Shown: in pieces, positions 41,768-52,846 of the stretch
Numbering within the stretch: the first letter of the stretch is position 1
Layout of the letters: every line of letters begins with the position of its first letter
NCBI GenBank assembly: GCA_965223945.1
Contig: CBDCXW010000005.1
Span: 2,244-66,243 of the forward strand
Direction: 5' to 3'
Length of the DNA: 64,000 nucleotides
From: Dehalococcoidia bacterium
Lineage (GTDB): Bacteria; Chloroflexota; Dehalococcoidia; Lucifugimonadales; CATQGZ01
Notes under the pieces: model-generated
Database searches by the model: none
What the model saw: the letters and a program-made list of their open reading frames with translations, nothing else
What the model was told of the DNA's origin: nothing
Translations under genes and position numbers: made by a program

Positions 41768-43315
41768 TTACCCAAACGTCCTTTTTAGATACTGCAAGTC
41801 TAGCTCGGGATAGAGAGGAAAACCGGCCAGGAGATCGGAAACGCGCCCGCGCGCGGCAGCGATGACACGGGCGTCGGTCACGTGGCGCGCCTTGCTGGGC
41901 TGCCCGGCCCGCTTGCCCTTGCTAATGACGCTGGGTGTAGTCGCCGAGAGTACGGACGCCATAATTGACGCTATTTCGGCCATCTCGCTGGCGCCCATGC
42001 CCCGACTGGTCAGAGCGGGCGTGCCGAAGCGGAGGCCGGACGTGTACCACGCGCCGTTGGGGTCAAAGGGAATGCTGTTCCGGTTGAGGGTGACGTTGGC
42101 CTCGCGCACCGCCGACTCGGCCTGCCGACCAGTTAGGCCGTACGTGCCGATGTTCGCAAGAATCAGGTGGTTGTCGGTACCGCCCGTCAGGATGTCCATG
42201 CTCTCGTTGATGCACGCCGCTGCCAGAACCGAAGCGTTCTCCACGATAGTGCTGGCGTAGGCCTTGAATTCTTCCCCAGCAGCTTCGGTAAAGGCAACGG
42301 CCTTGGCCACCATGACATGTGGCATGGGGCCACCGAGCACCATTGGACAGCCCTTGTCCACGTATTCGCCGAACTCACCGGTCGAGAGGACCATGCCGCC
42401 GCGCGGACCACGTAAGGTCTTGTGGGTCGTCGTCGTGACGACGTGGGCATGCGCCACCGGATCGTAGGGACCGGTGAACCCCTCGACCTTGCCGGCGACC
42501 AGTCCGGCGAAGTGAGCCATGTCGACCATGAGGACGGCCCCGACCTCGTCCGCGATTTCGCGGAAGATGCGGAAGTCGATCCTTCGCGGGTAGGCGCTGT
42601 ATCCGGCCAAGAGGATCAGCGGCCGGAACGCCTTGGCCTGCCGACGAACCGCATCGTAGTCAATCAGCTTCGTCTCCCTGTCCACATCGTACGACTGTGC
42701 CTCGAACATGGTGGCCGATACGTTATGGCGGTATCCGTGCGACAGGTGGCCGCCCGAGTAGTAGCCCATTCCGAGCATTCTCTGACTTCCGAGTGCATGT
42801 CGAAGCTCAGCCCATTCGGCATCCGACAGCTTGTACGGGTCGGTCTGCCCCACGCTGTCCATGAAGGGTGAGTGCACCCTTGCGGCGAGGATCGCCCAAT
42901 AGGCCACCAAGTTCGCGTCCGCTCCAGAGTGCGGCTGGACGTAGGCGTGCTCTGCACCGAACAACTGCCTCGCCAGGTCAACGGCACGCCCCTCAACAGC
43001 ATCCACGTTCTCGCATCCAGCGTAGAACCGGTGGTAGGGGTACCCTTCGGCATACTTGTCGGTGAATAGGTTCCCCATGGCCAACTGCACGGCAAGGGAG
43101 GAATAGTTCTCCGACGCAATCATCTTGAGGCTGGTCGACTGGTCGACCAGCTCGTCGACGATAGCCGCCGAGATATCCGGCGAGACGGAGCAGATGTGTT
43201 CAAGGGCCGCGAGGTAGGCGACGAACCCGGTGTTCAGGTCTCTACCAGCGGCAACCGCTTCGGAGATATAGTCGGCGAGAGCCGAGGTAGTGGGCATGGG
43301 TGATATCGAGAGCAT
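41768..43315 (-). CDS. glyA: serine hydroxymethyltransferase, long form with N-terminal extension and internal insertions
   Basis: MIASENYSS, YAEGYPYHRFYAGCENVD, VQPHSGADANL and the PLP-lysine motif TTTTHKTLRGPRGG. Start uncertain (43315 or 43297). Confidence 0.9.
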   Translation of the reverse strand: MLSISPMPTTSALADYISEAVAAGRDLNTGFVAYLAALEHICSVSPDISAAIVDELVDQSTSLKMIASENYSSLAVQLAMGNLFTDKYAEGYPYHRFYAGCENVDAVEGRAVDLARQLFGAEHAYVQPHSGADANLVAYWAILAARVHSPFMDSVGQTDPYKLSDAEWAELRHALGSQRMLGMGYYSGGHLSHGYRHNVSATMFEAQSYDVDRETKLIDYDAVRRQAKAFRPLILLAGYSAYPRRIDFRIFREIADEVGAVLMVDMAHFAGLVAGKVEGFTGPYDPVAHAHVVTTTTHKTLRGPRGGMVLSTGEFGEYVDKGCPMVLGGPMPHVMVAKAVAFTEAAGEEFKAYASTIVENASVLAAACINESMDILTGGTDNHLILANIGTYGLTGRQAESAVREANVTLNRNSIPFDPNGAWYTSGLRFGTPALTSRGMGASEMAEIASIMASVLSATTPSVISKGKRAGQPSKARHVTDARVIAAARGRVSDLLAGFPLYPELDLQYLKRTFG

Positions 43316-43467
43316 CAATGTCTGTGAGTAGTCTATCGGCGGCTCTCGCGGGATGTCAACGGCCGTATCTGTCCTCCGCGCCGACGCGCACGCCGCAATT
43401 GGCGAAGTAGCCAAATCATGAACTCCCGGAGAAACGCTCCCGTGCCACCTGCCGAAGCCTTAGCCCT

Positions 43468-44199
43468 CTACCCCGAGTCGGGCTCCAACACAGGGAGCCT
43501 CTGAGCGTCTCCAAGAGCCTGAATGGCCTGCCGCGCCGCCGCCTGCTCCGCCTCCGACTTTCGAGGGCCCGTACCTCTGCCGACGGGTCTCCCGGACACA
43601 AGCACTTCGACATCGAAGGTGCGGGCGTGGTCCGAGCCGCTGGCAGCCACGATCCTGTAGACAGGCAGGGAGCCGTCCATGCTCTGAACCAGTTCCTGAA
43701 GAGCCGACTTCGGATTGGTATCGTGTCCTGCCATGGACGACGATGCCAGCTCCTCAGCCATCGCCTTCAGTAGGAAGCCGCGAGCCACTTCGTAGCCCTG
43801 GTCCTGGAGAATCGCTCCCGTAACCGCTTCGAGTGCGTTGGCGAGATTCGAGTCTCGTTCTCTGCCGCCGCTCTCCGCCTCCCCTCTGCCCATGAGTATC
43901 TGCGGTCCGAGCTCGAGAGACCGTGCGACCCGCGCAAGCGTCTGTCCCCTAACGAGTAAAGCTCTCATCGCGGTGAGCCTGCCTTCCGGCTCATCCGGCC
44001 GCCGACGGTAGAGCTCCTCCGCGACTACCAAGCCGATAACCGCGTCCCCCAGGAACTCCAGCCGCTCGTTCGACTCGTCGAACTCACCGGGGTTCTCATT
44101 CAGGTAGGAGCTGTGTACCAGAGCGAGCCGCAACAGGCTCTCGTCCTTTAGCTCGACGCCTAACGATTCTTTTAGTCGACGTGCGAGTACTCCCGCCAT
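43468..44199 (-). CDS. rnc: ribonuclease III
   Basis: Signature ALVHSSYLNENPG..NERLEFLGDAVIGLVVAEELY and a C-terminal dsRBD (YRIVAASGSDHARTFDVEVLVSGR..G.GTGPRKSEAEQAAARQA). Confidence 0.9.
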   Translation of the reverse strand: MAGVLARRLKESLGVELKDESLLRLALVHSSYLNENPGEFDESNERLEFLGDAVIGLVVAEELYRRRPDEPEGRLTAMRALLVRGQTLARVARSLELGPQILMGRGEAESGGRERDSNLANALEAVTGAILQDQGYEVARGFLLKAMAEELASSSMAGHDTNPKSALQELVQSMDGSLPVYRIVAASGSDHARTFDVEVLVSGRPVGRGTGPRKSEAEQAAARQAIQALGDAQRLPVLEPDSG

Positions 44200-44384
44200 A
44201 CTCGTTGATCTCGTCCCTCGCACTTACCTTGCTCCTCTGCGTCCCATTTACCCCTCCTGAAGGCACCTGCGGCTCAGACGGAGGGGGACCCAGCATGCGC
44301 TTTTTACGCCCGTCAAAGCGGGCTCTGTAACAAGAATTTACCACATCCGCTCTACGTCAGTAACAAACTAGCGGCAGAGTCTAG

Positions 44385-45581
44385 GGATGCTCTGAATAAG
44401 TCCCGGTGGTTTGCGGGATAGTAACATAGGGCCAAGGCCTGAAGACGTGGGAGGCGAGGCAATGAACCAGCCGACGTTTGCGGACTTGGACTACGAGAGC
44501 AAGAAGCGAAAGACTCGCAGGGAGAAGTTCCTTGAGCGCATGGATGGACTGATCCCGTGGGAAGAGTTGGAAGAGCGCATCCGACCGTTCTATCCCAATG
44601 CTGGCCGAGGTCGGCGTCCCTACGAGTTGTCGGCGATGCTTCGCATACACTGCGTGCAGTTGTTCTACAACCTGAGCGACCCTGGGATGGAGGACATGCT
44701 CTACGAGGTCGAATCGGTGAGGCGGTTCGTAGGGCTGAGACTGCCTGGGCCGCTGCCGGACGAGACGACGATTCTGAACTTCCGCCACCTGCTGGAAGAG
44801 CATGCGTTAGGCTCGGGTCTGTTCGAGGAGATCAACCGCTATCTGGAGTCCAAGGGTCTCCGTCTTCAGGAGGGGACGATAGTGGACGCGAGCATCATAG
44901 CGGCGCCCTCATCGACGAAGAATCGGGCTAAAGAGCGCGACCCCGAGATGCACCAGACGAAGAAGGGTAACGAGTGGCACTTCGGGATGAAGGTGCACAT
45001 CGGTGTGGACTCGCAGACGGGAGTGGTGCACAGCATGACCACGACATCTGCGAACGTGCATGACCTGACTGAGTTGCCCCGGTTGCTGCACGGTGGGGAG
45101 TCTCAGGTGTGGGGAGATGCTGGGTATCAGGGAGTTGACAAGAGGCCGGGCAACCGGGGCTTGGATGTGGAGTGGCAGGTCGCGATGAGGCCCGGCCAGC
45201 GTCGGAAGCTGGAGCCTGAGAGTCCTGAGGCGGTGTCGGAGAAGCGCAAAGCGTCGGTCAGAGCTAAGGTGGAGCATCCGTTCCTGTACATCAAGCGGCA
45301 CTTCGGCTACGCCAAGGTCCGCTACAGGGGACTGTCCAAGAACACGCAGCGGCTGATGACGCTGCTGGGGTTTGCCAACTTGATGAGGGCCGAACAGTAC
45401 CTGGCGGCGTGAAACCTTGTATAAGTGCGCCCAAAATCAGGCCTAACGGCGGCGAAACGCCCTGTCAGGGCCGGTTGTAGGCCGAGATTAACCCCCACCA
45501 CGGCGCCATAAGGCAATTCAACGCCCCCAAAACCACTCCGGTCAACTCGGCCCAGCCTGAAGCCGATTGTTCAGAGCATCC
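44385..45581 (+). mobile_element. IS5-family insertion sequence, 1197 bp, flanked by 4-bp CTAG target duplication
   Basis: Terminal inverted repeats GGATGCTCTGAATAAG / GGATGCTCTGAACAAT (reverse complement) have 12 perfect terminal bp. CTAG lies at 44381-44384 and 45582-45585. Size and YTAR-type target fit the IS5 group. Confidence 0.85.
44462..45412 (+). CDS. IS5-family DDE transposase
   Basis: N-terminal MNQPTFADLDYESKKRKTRREKFLERMDGLIPW and GRRPYELSAMLRIHCVQLFYNLSDPGMED are hallmark IS5 blocks. DDE core has DASII.AP, GDAGYQG and KVEHPFLYIKRHFGY.KVRYRGL.KN. Confidence 0.9.
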   Translation: MNQPTFADLDYESKKRKTRREKFLERMDGLIPWEELEERIRPFYPNAGRGRRPYELSAMLRIHCVQLFYNLSDPGMEDMLYEVESVRRFVGLRLPGPLPDETTILNFRHLLEEHALGSGLFEEINRYLESKGLRLQEGTIVDASIIAAPSSTKNRAKERDPEMHQTKKGNEWHFGMKVHIGVDSQTGVVHSMTTTSANVHDLTELPRLLHGGESQVWGDAGYQGVDKRPGNRGLDVEWQVAMRPGQRRKLEPESPEAVSEKRKASVRAKVEHPFLYIKRHFGYAKVRYRGLSKNTQRLMTLLGFANLMRAEQYLAA

Positions 45582-45646
45582 CTAGATGATGGCCAGGCCC
45601 TTCCAGGGCGGTCGAATCTTGCATTATTCAGGGAGGAGGCCTAACG

Positions 45647-45775
45647 ATGAGCGACACTCCCAAGACACCTGAGGACGTGAAGAGGCTTGTCCGTGACAAC
45701 GACATCACGATCGTCGACCTCAAGTTCACCGATCTCCCGGGCACCTTCCAGCACTTCTCGATCCACACAGGGCAC
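45647..45775 (+). pseudogene. 5' fragment (about 42 codons) of a type I glutamine synthetase gene
   Basis: MSDTPKTPEDVKRLVRDNDITIVDLKFTDLPGTFQHFSI matches the GS-I N-terminal beta-grasp start and has a strong RBS (GGGAGGAGG). Homology ends abruptly at about 45775, and the ORF then runs into unrelated AT-richer sequence to the stop at 45829. Confidence 0.7.
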
Positions 45776-45825
45776 CCTCCCTTTTCCGTCCGCAATTATC
45801 GGCCGTGGCGGGCATCAAAAGAAGA

Positions 45826-45854
45826 TTGACACAACTTTCACAAACTGCTATATT
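45826..45854 (+). promoter_or_regulatory. near-consensus sigma70-type promoter (TTGACA - 17 nt - TATATT)
   Basis: TTGACA at 45826-45831, exactly 17-nt spacer, TATATT at 45849-45854. Located in an AT-richer patch about 90 nt upstream of the 45943 ORF. Confidence 0.5.
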
Positions 45855-45942
45855 CCGCTTTCACGCCCGAGGCAACCGGTAGGGTTTTAGTCACTCTCCG
45901 AGTCCCGCAGGCGTCCGCCTCACCAGCGCTTGGATTACCCCT

Positions 45943-46779
45943 ATGTTGGAGCGAGACCGCGAAGCTATTGACTATGTCCTTCACGAAGGCCGGGAGAACG
46001 ACGTAAAGTTCATCCGTCTCTGGTTCACGGACATTCTCGGGAATCTCAAGGGCTTCGCGATAACGATCGAGGAGCTGGAGAGCGCCATGACAAGGGGCAT
46101 GGGGTTCGACGGCTCGACCATAGAGGGGTTCGCACGCTCGTCCGAGCGCGACCTCTACGCCCTTCCGGACCCGAACACCTTCGCCATTCTTCCGTGGCGT
46201 CCCCGCACCAACGCGGTCGCGAGGATGTTCTGCGACATAGTCACGCCGGACGACGAACCCTTCGAGGGAGACCCTAGATTCGTTCTCAGGCAGAACCTGG
46301 AGCGTGCCGCCGCGCTCGGCTACACCAACTACGTTGGGCCGGAGATCGAGTACTTCTACTTCAAGGACTCCACCGATACGCAGAGCCTCGACCAGGGAGG
46401 CTACTTCGATCAGGACTCCAGCGACTCGTCGACCGATCTCAGGCGCCAGACCGTCCTGACTCTTGAAGAGCTTGGCATACCCGTCGAGTCCAGCCACCAC
46501 GAGGTGGCCCCGAGCCAGCACGAGATCGACCTGCCGCCGCCACCGGCCGAGTCGAACGTGTGCGACCTGCCCGAGAGCGAGCGCGACTCTCTGGGGATCG
46601 ACCGCCTACCAGAGAACCTCTGGGAGGCCATCAAGGTGACGGAGAACAGCGAGCTCGTCCATCGGGCTCTGGGTGAAGAAGTCGCCCAGAGCTTCATCGA
46701 GAACAAGAAGATCGAGTGGGACCGGTCCCACTCGGAGGTCAGCGAATTCGAGAAGGAGAGATATATCCCGGTACTGTAG
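45943..46779 (+). CDS. glutamine synthetase type I-like ORF with in-frame deletion of the catalytic core (probable pseudogene or non-catalytic remnant)
   Basis: Colinear with GS-I from the N-terminus through SSHHEVAPSQHEIDL. It then jumps directly to the C-terminal LPENLWEAIKV...IENKKIEWDRSHSEVSEFEKERY. About 180 residues are missing, including the KPxxGxxGSGMH ATP-binding and NSYKRL blocks. 278 aa versus about 445-470 aa expected. Confidence 0.75.
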   Translation: MLERDREAIDYVLHEGRENDVKFIRLWFTDILGNLKGFAITIEELESAMTRGMGFDGSTIEGFARSSERDLYALPDPNTFAILPWRPRTNAVARMFCDIVTPDDEPFEGDPRFVLRQNLERAAALGYTNYVGPEIEYFYFKDSTDTQSLDQGGYFDQDSSDSSTDLRRQTVLTLEELGIPVESSHHEVAPSQHEIDLPPPPAESNVCDLPESERDSLGIDRLPENLWEAIKVTENSELVHRALGEEVAQSFIENKKIEWDRSHSEVSEFEKERYIPVL

Positions 46780-46797
46780 ACACCGGCCTCTTCCGAC

Positions 46798-49700
46798 ATG
46801 AGCACCCATTTCAGTCTCGAAAGCATGCGGAATATCGAGGAGCGCGGGCTTTACGACCCGCGCTTCGAGCATGACGCCTGCGGTGTCGGCCTCGTCGCGA
46901 ACATCAAGGGCGTCAGGTCCCACGACATCGTCAAGAAGGGCATCGAAGCGCTCGTCAACCTGGGCCATCGGGGCGCTTGCGGCTCGGACCCCGAGACTGG
47001 TGACGGCGCGGGAATCCTCCTACAGATGCCCCACGAATTCTTCGCTCAGCAGGCCGAGTCTGCCGGGATCGATCTGCCTGGCTCCGGTCGATACGGCGTC
47101 GGCATGGTCTTCCTTCCACAGAGCTCCGAGGAGCGCCGCCGTTGCGAGGAGATCGTGGAGGAGGTCGTCGCGCGGGAGGGCCAGACTCTCTTAGGGTGGC
47201 GCGACGTCCCCGTGTCTCCCGGCGCAATCGGACGGCTCTCCGCCGAAGTCATGCCGGTGATACGGCAGTTCTTCGTGCTGAAGAGAGCGGACATCGCCGA
47301 CGAGTCCGCTTTCGAGCTGAAGCTCTACGTCATCAGGAAGTCCATAGAGGCCGCCGTACAGGCGGAGGACGGCGTCGACCTAGCCGACCATTTCTATGTC
47401 GCGAGCCTCTCGTCCAACAAGATCGTGTACAAAGGCCTCATCATGGCCTCGCAGATCGAGGACTTCTACCACGATCTGACCGACGGCTCGTTCAAGACCT
47501 CGTTCGCCCTCGTGCACTCCAGATTCAGCACCAACACACTCGGCTCGTGGCGGCTCGCGCACCCGTACAGGTTCATCATCCACAACGGCGAGATCAACAC
47601 GCTGCGTGGCAACGTCAACTGGATGACCTCCCGCCAGTCGATTTTCTCGTCGGAGCGACTGGGTGACGACGTGAAGAAGCTGCTTCCAGTCATTACCCCG
47701 GGCCAGAGCGATACCGCATCTCTGGACAACGCCCTAGAGCTTCTCCTGGCCACCGGTCGCTCCCTGCCGCACGCCATGATGATGCTCATCCCGGAGGTCT
47801 GGGGCGACCATGTCCCGATGAGCCAGGCCAAGCAGGACTTCTACCGTTACCACTCATCCCTTATGGAACCGTGGGACGGGCCCGCGCTTGTCATCGGTAC
47901 GGACGGCAGGAAGGTCTGCGCGGTGCTCGACAGGAACGGCCTCCGCCCCTGCCGGTACCTGGTCACGACGGACGATCTGCTCGTCATGGCCTCGGAGACA
48001 GGGGTCCTCGACATCCCCCCGGAGAACGTGCTGTCCAAGGAGCGCATATACCCGGGTCGCATGTTCCTGCTCGATGGGGACGAGGGCCGCCTGATAGGAG
48101 ACGAAGAGATCAAGGCCGGGCTCTCCGCCCGGGAGCCCTATGGCCGCTGGCTGGAGCAGAACACGGTCGACTTGGATCGGCTGCCCGACCCTTCGCGCGT
48201 GCCCGGTCCAGAATTCGACTCCCTGCCGCAGCGGCAGGCCGCATTCGGCTACACGCTCGAAGACCTTCGCGTGCTCATGGAGCCAATGGCCATCGAGGGC
48301 TCCGAGCCCGTAGGCTCCATGGGGAACGACACACCACTCGCGGTCCTGTCGGACCAGTCCCCGCTCCTCTTCAGCTACTTCAAGCAGCTGTTCGCCCAGG
48401 TCAGCAATCCCCCTCTGGACGCGATCCGGGAGGAGCTTGTCACCTCGCTGGACGTGACGGTCGGAGCGGAGCAGAACCTGTTCGACGAGACACCCGAGCA
48501 CTGCCGCCAGCTCAGGGTAAGACGCCCCGTCCTAAGCAACCGCCAGCTGGAGCAGATCAAGCGGCTCGACACGAGGGGGATTCGCACCAAGACCATCTCC
48601 ACGCTCTTCGAGCCCGGCCTAGGGGCGGGCTCGCTCCTGCGGGCCATGGACCGGGTGTGCGGCGATGCCTCCGCCGCCATCGAGGACGGCTACTCCATAC
48701 TCGTGCTGTCTGACCGGGGCGTCGACCGGCGTCACGCCCCGATCCCAAGCCTCCTCGCGACTGCGGGCGTTCACCACCACCTGATCCGTGAAGGCGTCAG
48801 AACCAGCGCCGGTCTGATCGTAGAGTCGGGCGAGCCGCGAGACGTTTCCCAGCTCGCCCTCCTCATAGGCTACGGTGCCTCCGCCATAAACCCGTACCTC
48901 GCCTACGAGACGCTGGCCGACATGCAGGGGAAGGACGCGTTCATCGAGCCGGTGAGAGGAGACGACGCCGAAGAACACTACGTGAAAGCCCTGCACAAGG
49001 GAATCCTCAAAATAATGTCCAAGATGGGCATCTCGACCATTGAGAGCTACAGGGGGGGCCAGATATTCGAGGCGGTCGGGCTCAACCAGGAGTTCGTGGA
49101 CCGCTACTTCACCTGGACGCCGTCGAGGGTCGAAGGCATAGGCATCGCCGAGGTCGAGGAGGAGTCGAGGCGGCGACACGCACACGCGTACCTGGACCCC
49201 AGGGTCGACGGCAACAGGGAGCTCCGGGCCGGCGGAGCCTACCAGTGGCGGCGCGACGGCGAGTACCACATGTGGAACCCGTACACGATTGCGAAGCTCC
49301 AGCACTCGGTCAGGTCGGAAGACTTCGCGACGTTCGAGCAGTTCGCGAGCCACATCGACAGCCATAGCCGGCAGCTGTGCACCATCCGCGGCCTGCTGGA
49401 TTTCAAGGAGGCGGGCGCGCCGGTCCCGCTGGACGAGGTGGAGCCCGCCTCCGAAATCGTCAAGCGGTTCTCCAGCGGAGCGGTATCCCTGGGATCGATC
49501 AGCCGTGAGGCGCACGAGACCATGGCCATCGCCGCGAACCGGATATCGGCCAGGAGCAACACGGGCGAGGGAGGTGAGGACTACCACCGATACTCGCTGG
49601 ACCCCAACGGCGACTCGCGGAACAGCGCGATCAAGCAGGTTGCCTCCGGCCGCTTCGGCGTAACCATGCAGTACCTGACCAACGCGAAGGACCTCCAGAT

Positions 49701-51369
49701 AAAGATGGCCCAGGGGTCCAAGCCGGGCGAGGGCGGACAGATTCCAGGCCAAAAGGTCGACGAATACATCGGGTGGGTGCGCAACTCGACGCCGGGCGTG
49801 GAGCTCATCTCCCCTCCTCCCCACCACGACATCTACTCCATCGAGGACCTAGCCCAGCTCATTTACGATCTCAAGAACTCGAACCCCGCGGCACGGGTAC
49901 ACGTCAAGCTAGTGGCCGAGGTAGGCGTGGGCACGATAGCCGCCGGGGTGTCCAAAGCACACGCCGATGTCGTCCTTATCAGCGGCGACAGCGGCGGCAC
50001 GGGAGCATCGCCGGAGTCGTCCATTAAGAATGCGGGCCTGCCCTGGGAGCTTGGCGTCGCCGAAACCCAGCAGGTCCTCGTGGCCAACGATCTCCGGGGA
50101 CGGATCGTCGTGCAGACCGACGGACAGCTCAAGACCGGCAGGGACGTGGCTATCGCGTGCCTGCTGGGGGCGGAGGAGTTCGGCTTCGCCACGGCTCCGC
50201 TCATCTCGATGGGCTGCATCATGCTGAGGAAGTGCCACCTGAACACCTGCTCGGTGGGCATAGCGACGCAGGACCCGGAGCTGCGGAAGCAGTTCGCGGG
50301 CAAGCCAGAGCACGTCATCAACTACTTCTTCTTCGTTGCCGAGCAGATGCGGGCCATCATGGCCAGGCTCGGCTTCCGCACCGCGAACGAGATGGTCGGG
50401 CGCGTCGACATGCTGGACGGCAACAAGGCCATCGAGCACTGGAAGGCGCGGAACCTCGATTTATCCGGGCTGCTTCACATGCCGGAGGCCCACTCAGGAG
50501 TCGCTACCTATTGCAGCGAGGAGCAGGACCACGCCCTCGACAAGGCCCTCGACCACACCCTCATCGAGTTGTCCAGGGACGCCTTGGAGAACGGCTCCCC
50601 CGTCTCCATCGAACTGCCGATTCGCAACGCCAACCGCACTGTCGGCACCATGCTCAGCCACGAGGTGACTAAGCGGTATCCCGCCGGACTGCCGGAGGAC
50701 ACCATCCGCATAAGCTTCACCGGCTCCGCGGGCCAGAGCTTCGGCGCCTTCGCCGCGCCCGGCATCTCGATGACCGTTGAGGGCGACTCCAACGACTACT
50801 TCTGCAAGGGCCTGTCGGGCGGCAAGATCGTCATCACCCCTCCCAGGGGCTCCACCTTCGTACCCGAAGAGAACATCATCGTGGGCAACGTGGTCCTCTA
50901 CGGCGCCACCTCCGGCAAGGCCTTCATTCGCGGAATAGCCGGCGAGCGCTTCTGCGTACGCAACAGCGGGGCGGAGGCCGTCGTAGAGGGCGTGGGCGAC
51001 CATGGCTGCGAGTACATGACCCGGGGCCGGGTGGTCGTGCTGGGCCCGACCGGCCGGAACTTCGCGGCCGGCATGAGCGGTGGAGAGGCCTACGTGCTCG
51101 ACGAGAAGGGCCGGTTCCGCGACCTCTGCAACACCGACATGGTCGATCTGGAGCCGGTTGTCGAAGAGAGCGACCGCGCCGCGCTCCGGCGCATGATCCA
51201 AGACCACCTTCGCTACACCGGCAGCGCGACCGCACGCCGCGTCATCGACGACTGGGACCAGATGCTGCCCAGATTCGTCAAGGTGATGCCGATCGCCTAC
51301 AAGCGGGCGCTCCGAGAGAGGGCCGAGGCCAACGCGGCCGTTCCGGCGGGCGGAGTGCCTCATGGGTAA
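46798..51369 (+). CDS. gltB: glutamate synthase large subunit
   Basis: 1523 aa. N-terminal amidotransferase domain [16 protein letters not shown] (Cys-1 after processing), central and FMN domains ([19 protein letters not shown]), and a C-terminal GXGXG beta-helix domain. Confidence 0.95.
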   Translation: MSTHFSLESMRNIEERGLYDPRFEHDACGVGLVANIKGVRSHDIVKKGIEALVNLGHRGACGSDPETGDGAGILLQMPHEFFAQQAESAGIDLPGSGRYGVGMVFLPQSSEERRRCEEIVEEVVAREGQTLLGWRDVPVSPGAIGRLSAEVMPVIRQFFVLKRADIADESAFELKLYVIRKSIEAAVQAEDGVDLADHFYVASLSSNKIVYKGLIMASQIEDFYHDLTDGSFKTSFALVHSRFSTNTLGSWRLAHPYRFIIHNGEINTLRGNVNWMTSRQSIFSSERLGDDVKKLLPVITPGQSDTASLDNALELLLATGRSLPHAMMMLIPEVWGDHVPMSQAKQDFYRYHSSLMEPWDGPALVIGTDGRKVCAVLDRNGLRPCRYLVTTDDLLVMASETGVLDIPPENVLSKERIYPGRMFLLDGDEGRLIGDEEIKAGLSAREPYGRWLEQNTVDLDRLPDPSRVPGPEFDSLPQRQAAFGYTLEDLRVLMEPMAIEGSEPVGSMGNDTPLAVLSDQSPLLFSYFKQLFAQVSNPPLDAIREELVTSLDVTVGAEQNLFDETPEHCRQLRVRRPVLSNRQLEQIKRLDTRGIRTKTISTLFEPGLGAGSLLRAMDRVCGDASAAIEDGYSILVLSDRGVDRRHAPIPSLLATAGVHHHLIREGVRTSAGLIVESGEPRDVSQLALLIGYGASAINPYLAYETLADMQGKDAFIEPVRGDDAEEHYVKALHKGILKIMSKMGISTIESYRGGQIFEAVGLNQEFVDRYFTWTPSRVEGIGIAEVEEESRRRHAHAYLDPRVDGNRELRAGGAYQWRRDGEYHMWNPYTIAKLQHSVRSEDFATFEQFASHIDSHSRQLCTIRGLLDFKEAGAPVPLDEVEPASEIVKRFSSGAVSLGSISREAHETMAIAANRISARSNTGEGGEDYHRYSLDPNGDSRNSAIKQVASGRFGVTMQYLTNAKDLQIKMAQGSKPGEGGQIPGQKVDEYIGWVRNSTPGVELISPPPHHDIYSIEDLAQLIYDLKNSNPAARVHVKLVAEVGVGTIAAGVSKAHADVVLISGDSGGTGASPESSIKNAGLPWELGVAETQQVLVANDLRGRIVVQTDGQLKTGRDVAIACLLGAEEFGFATAPLISMGCIMLRKCHLNTCSVGIATQDPELRKQFAGKPEHVINYFFFVAEQMRAIMARLGFRTANEMVGRVDMLDGNKAIEHWKARNLDLSGLLHMPEAHSGVATYCSEEQDHALDKALDHTLIELSRDALENGSPVSIELPIRNANRTVGTMLSHEVTKRYPAGLPEDTIRISFTGSAGQSFGAFAAPGISMTVEGDSNDYFCKGLSGGKIVITPPRGSTFVPEENIIVGNVVLYGATSGKAFIRGIAGERFCVRNSGAEAVVEGVGDHGCEYMTRGRVVVLGPTGRNFAAGMSGGEAYVLDEKGRFRDLCNTDMVDLEPVVEESDRAALRRMIQDHLRYTGSATARRVIDDWDQMLPRFVKVMPIAYKRALRERAEANAAVPAGGVPHG

Positions 51370-52819
51370 GCCAACGGGCTTCATGGAGAAGGGCCGGAGA
51401 AACCCTGACCGCGTGCCAGTCGCGGAACGCGTCGGGAATTACAGGGAGTTCTACAGAAGCTGGACGGAGCAGCAGGCCCGCGAACAGGGCGCCCGCTGCA
51501 TGAACTGCGCCGTACCCTTCTGTCACCAGGGCTGCCCGCTCGGCAACCTCATCCCAGACTGGAACGACCTCGTATATCGCGGGCAGTGGCAGGACGCGCT
51601 CGAAGCTCTCCACGCGACCAACAATTTCCCGGAGTTCACCGGAAGGATCTGTCCCGCGCCGTGCGAGGCCGCCTGCGTCCTCGCCATCAACCAGGACCCC
51701 GTGACCATCGAGCACATCGAGAAAGCGATCTCGGACCGGGGCTGGGAGAACGGCTGGATCGTGCCCCGGCCCCCTGAGAGGCGGACAGGCAAGAGGGTCG
51801 CCCTCGTCGGCTCGGGCCCGGCCGGACTCGCCGCCGCTCAGCAGCTGAACCGCGCCGGACATAACGTGACCGTATTCGAGCGCTCGGAGCGAGTCGGCGG
51901 CCTCCTCAGTCTCGGCATACCCGACTTCAAGCTCGAAAAGCATGTAGTCCAGCGGCGCGTCGACCAGATGTCGGAGGAGGGCGTGGAGTTCAAGACGGGA
52001 GTCCACGTCGGGCGGACCATGCCCGTCAGCGATCTCACAAGCGAGTTCGACGCAGTATGCCTCACGGGCGGCAGCACCGTGCCGCGCGACCTCCACGTCC
52101 CGAACCGCGATCTCGGCGGCATACACTTCGCCATGGACTATCTAACCCAGCAGAACAGGCTGATGGCCGGCGACCACATCCCGCCGGAGGAGCGCATCAC
52201 CGCCGAGGGCAAGCGGGTCCTCATTCTAGGTGGCGGAGACACCGGGGCCGACTGCCTCGGCACAGCCCACAGGCAGGGCGCCGAGGTCGTGCACCAGCTG
52301 GAGATACTGCCGGAGCCTCCGACGGAGCGGACAGCCGACAACCCCTGGCCCGAATGGCCGAAGATTCTCATGTCGTCGGCAGCCCACGAGGAGGGCGGCA
52401 TACGCGACTACAACATCCTGACCAAGCACTTCTCCGGCATCGACGGCGAGGTCAGAAAGCTCCACGGCGTTCGCCTGGAGTGGGGCCCGCCCGATCAGTC
52501 GGGCCGTCCCTCCATGAACGAGGTGGCTAGAAGCGAGTTTGAGATCGAGACAGAGCTCGTCCTGCTAGCCATGGGCTTCCTGCGCCCGGAGCACGACGGC
52601 ATGCTGGCAGACCTCGGCGTCGACCTCGACCGGAGAGGCAACGTCGCCACCGACGAGAACAAGATGAGCAGCGTCCCCAGCGTCTTCGCAGCCGGAGACA
52701 TGGCCAGAGGACAGTCCCTCGTGGTCTGGGCCCTCGCCGAGGGCCGGGAGGCCGCCAGAGGCATCGACCAGTACCTCATGGCAGGCACCAGCCTGCCGAG
52801 AGTGCTCACCAGCGCATAG
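51362..52819 (+). CDS. gltD: glutamate synthase small subunit (NAD(P)H-dependent)
   Basis: MGKPTGFME start, [17 protein letters not shown] Fe-S motif, [23 protein letters not shown]-binding motifs. Overlaps the gltB stop by 8 nt. Confidence 0.95.
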   Translation: MGKPTGFMEKGRRNPDRVPVAERVGNYREFYRSWTEQQAREQGARCMNCAVPFCHQGCPLGNLIPDWNDLVYRGQWQDALEALHATNNFPEFTGRICPAPCEAACVLAINQDPVTIEHIEKAISDRGWENGWIVPRPPERRTGKRVALVGSGPAGLAAAQQLNRAGHNVTVFERSERVGGLLSLGIPDFKLEKHVVQRRVDQMSEEGVEFKTGVHVGRTMPVSDLTSEFDAVCLTGGSTVPRDLHVPNRDLGGIHFAMDYLTQQNRLMAGDHIPPEERITAEGKRVLILGGGDTGADCLGTAHRQGAEVVHQLEILPEPPTERTADNPWPEWPKILMSSAAHEEGGIRDYNILTKHFSGIDGEVRKLHGVRLEWGPPDQSGRPSMNEVARSEFEIETELVLLAMGFLRPEHDGMLADLGVDLDRRGNVATDENKMSSVPSVFAAGDMARGQSLVVWALAEGREAARGIDQYLMAGTSLPRVLTSA

Positions 52820-52846
52820 CAGAGCCCTAAGAGACGGAGGAGCAGC

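Noticed and set aside
45855-45942. Glutamine (glnA-motif) riboswitch in the leader of the GS remnant
   Set aside because: There is only a vague resemblance (CACGCCC...CCGGUAGGG). The conserved GGAAGUAGG and AAGGAACGC elements and a three-stem architecture could not be found by eye.
48619-49827. 402-aa minus-strand ORF (and other long antisense ORFs 47854..48501, 50494..51384) within gltB
   Set aside because: They are antisense to the 1523-aa glutamate synthase ORF, which has unmistakable motifs throughout. No independent signals.
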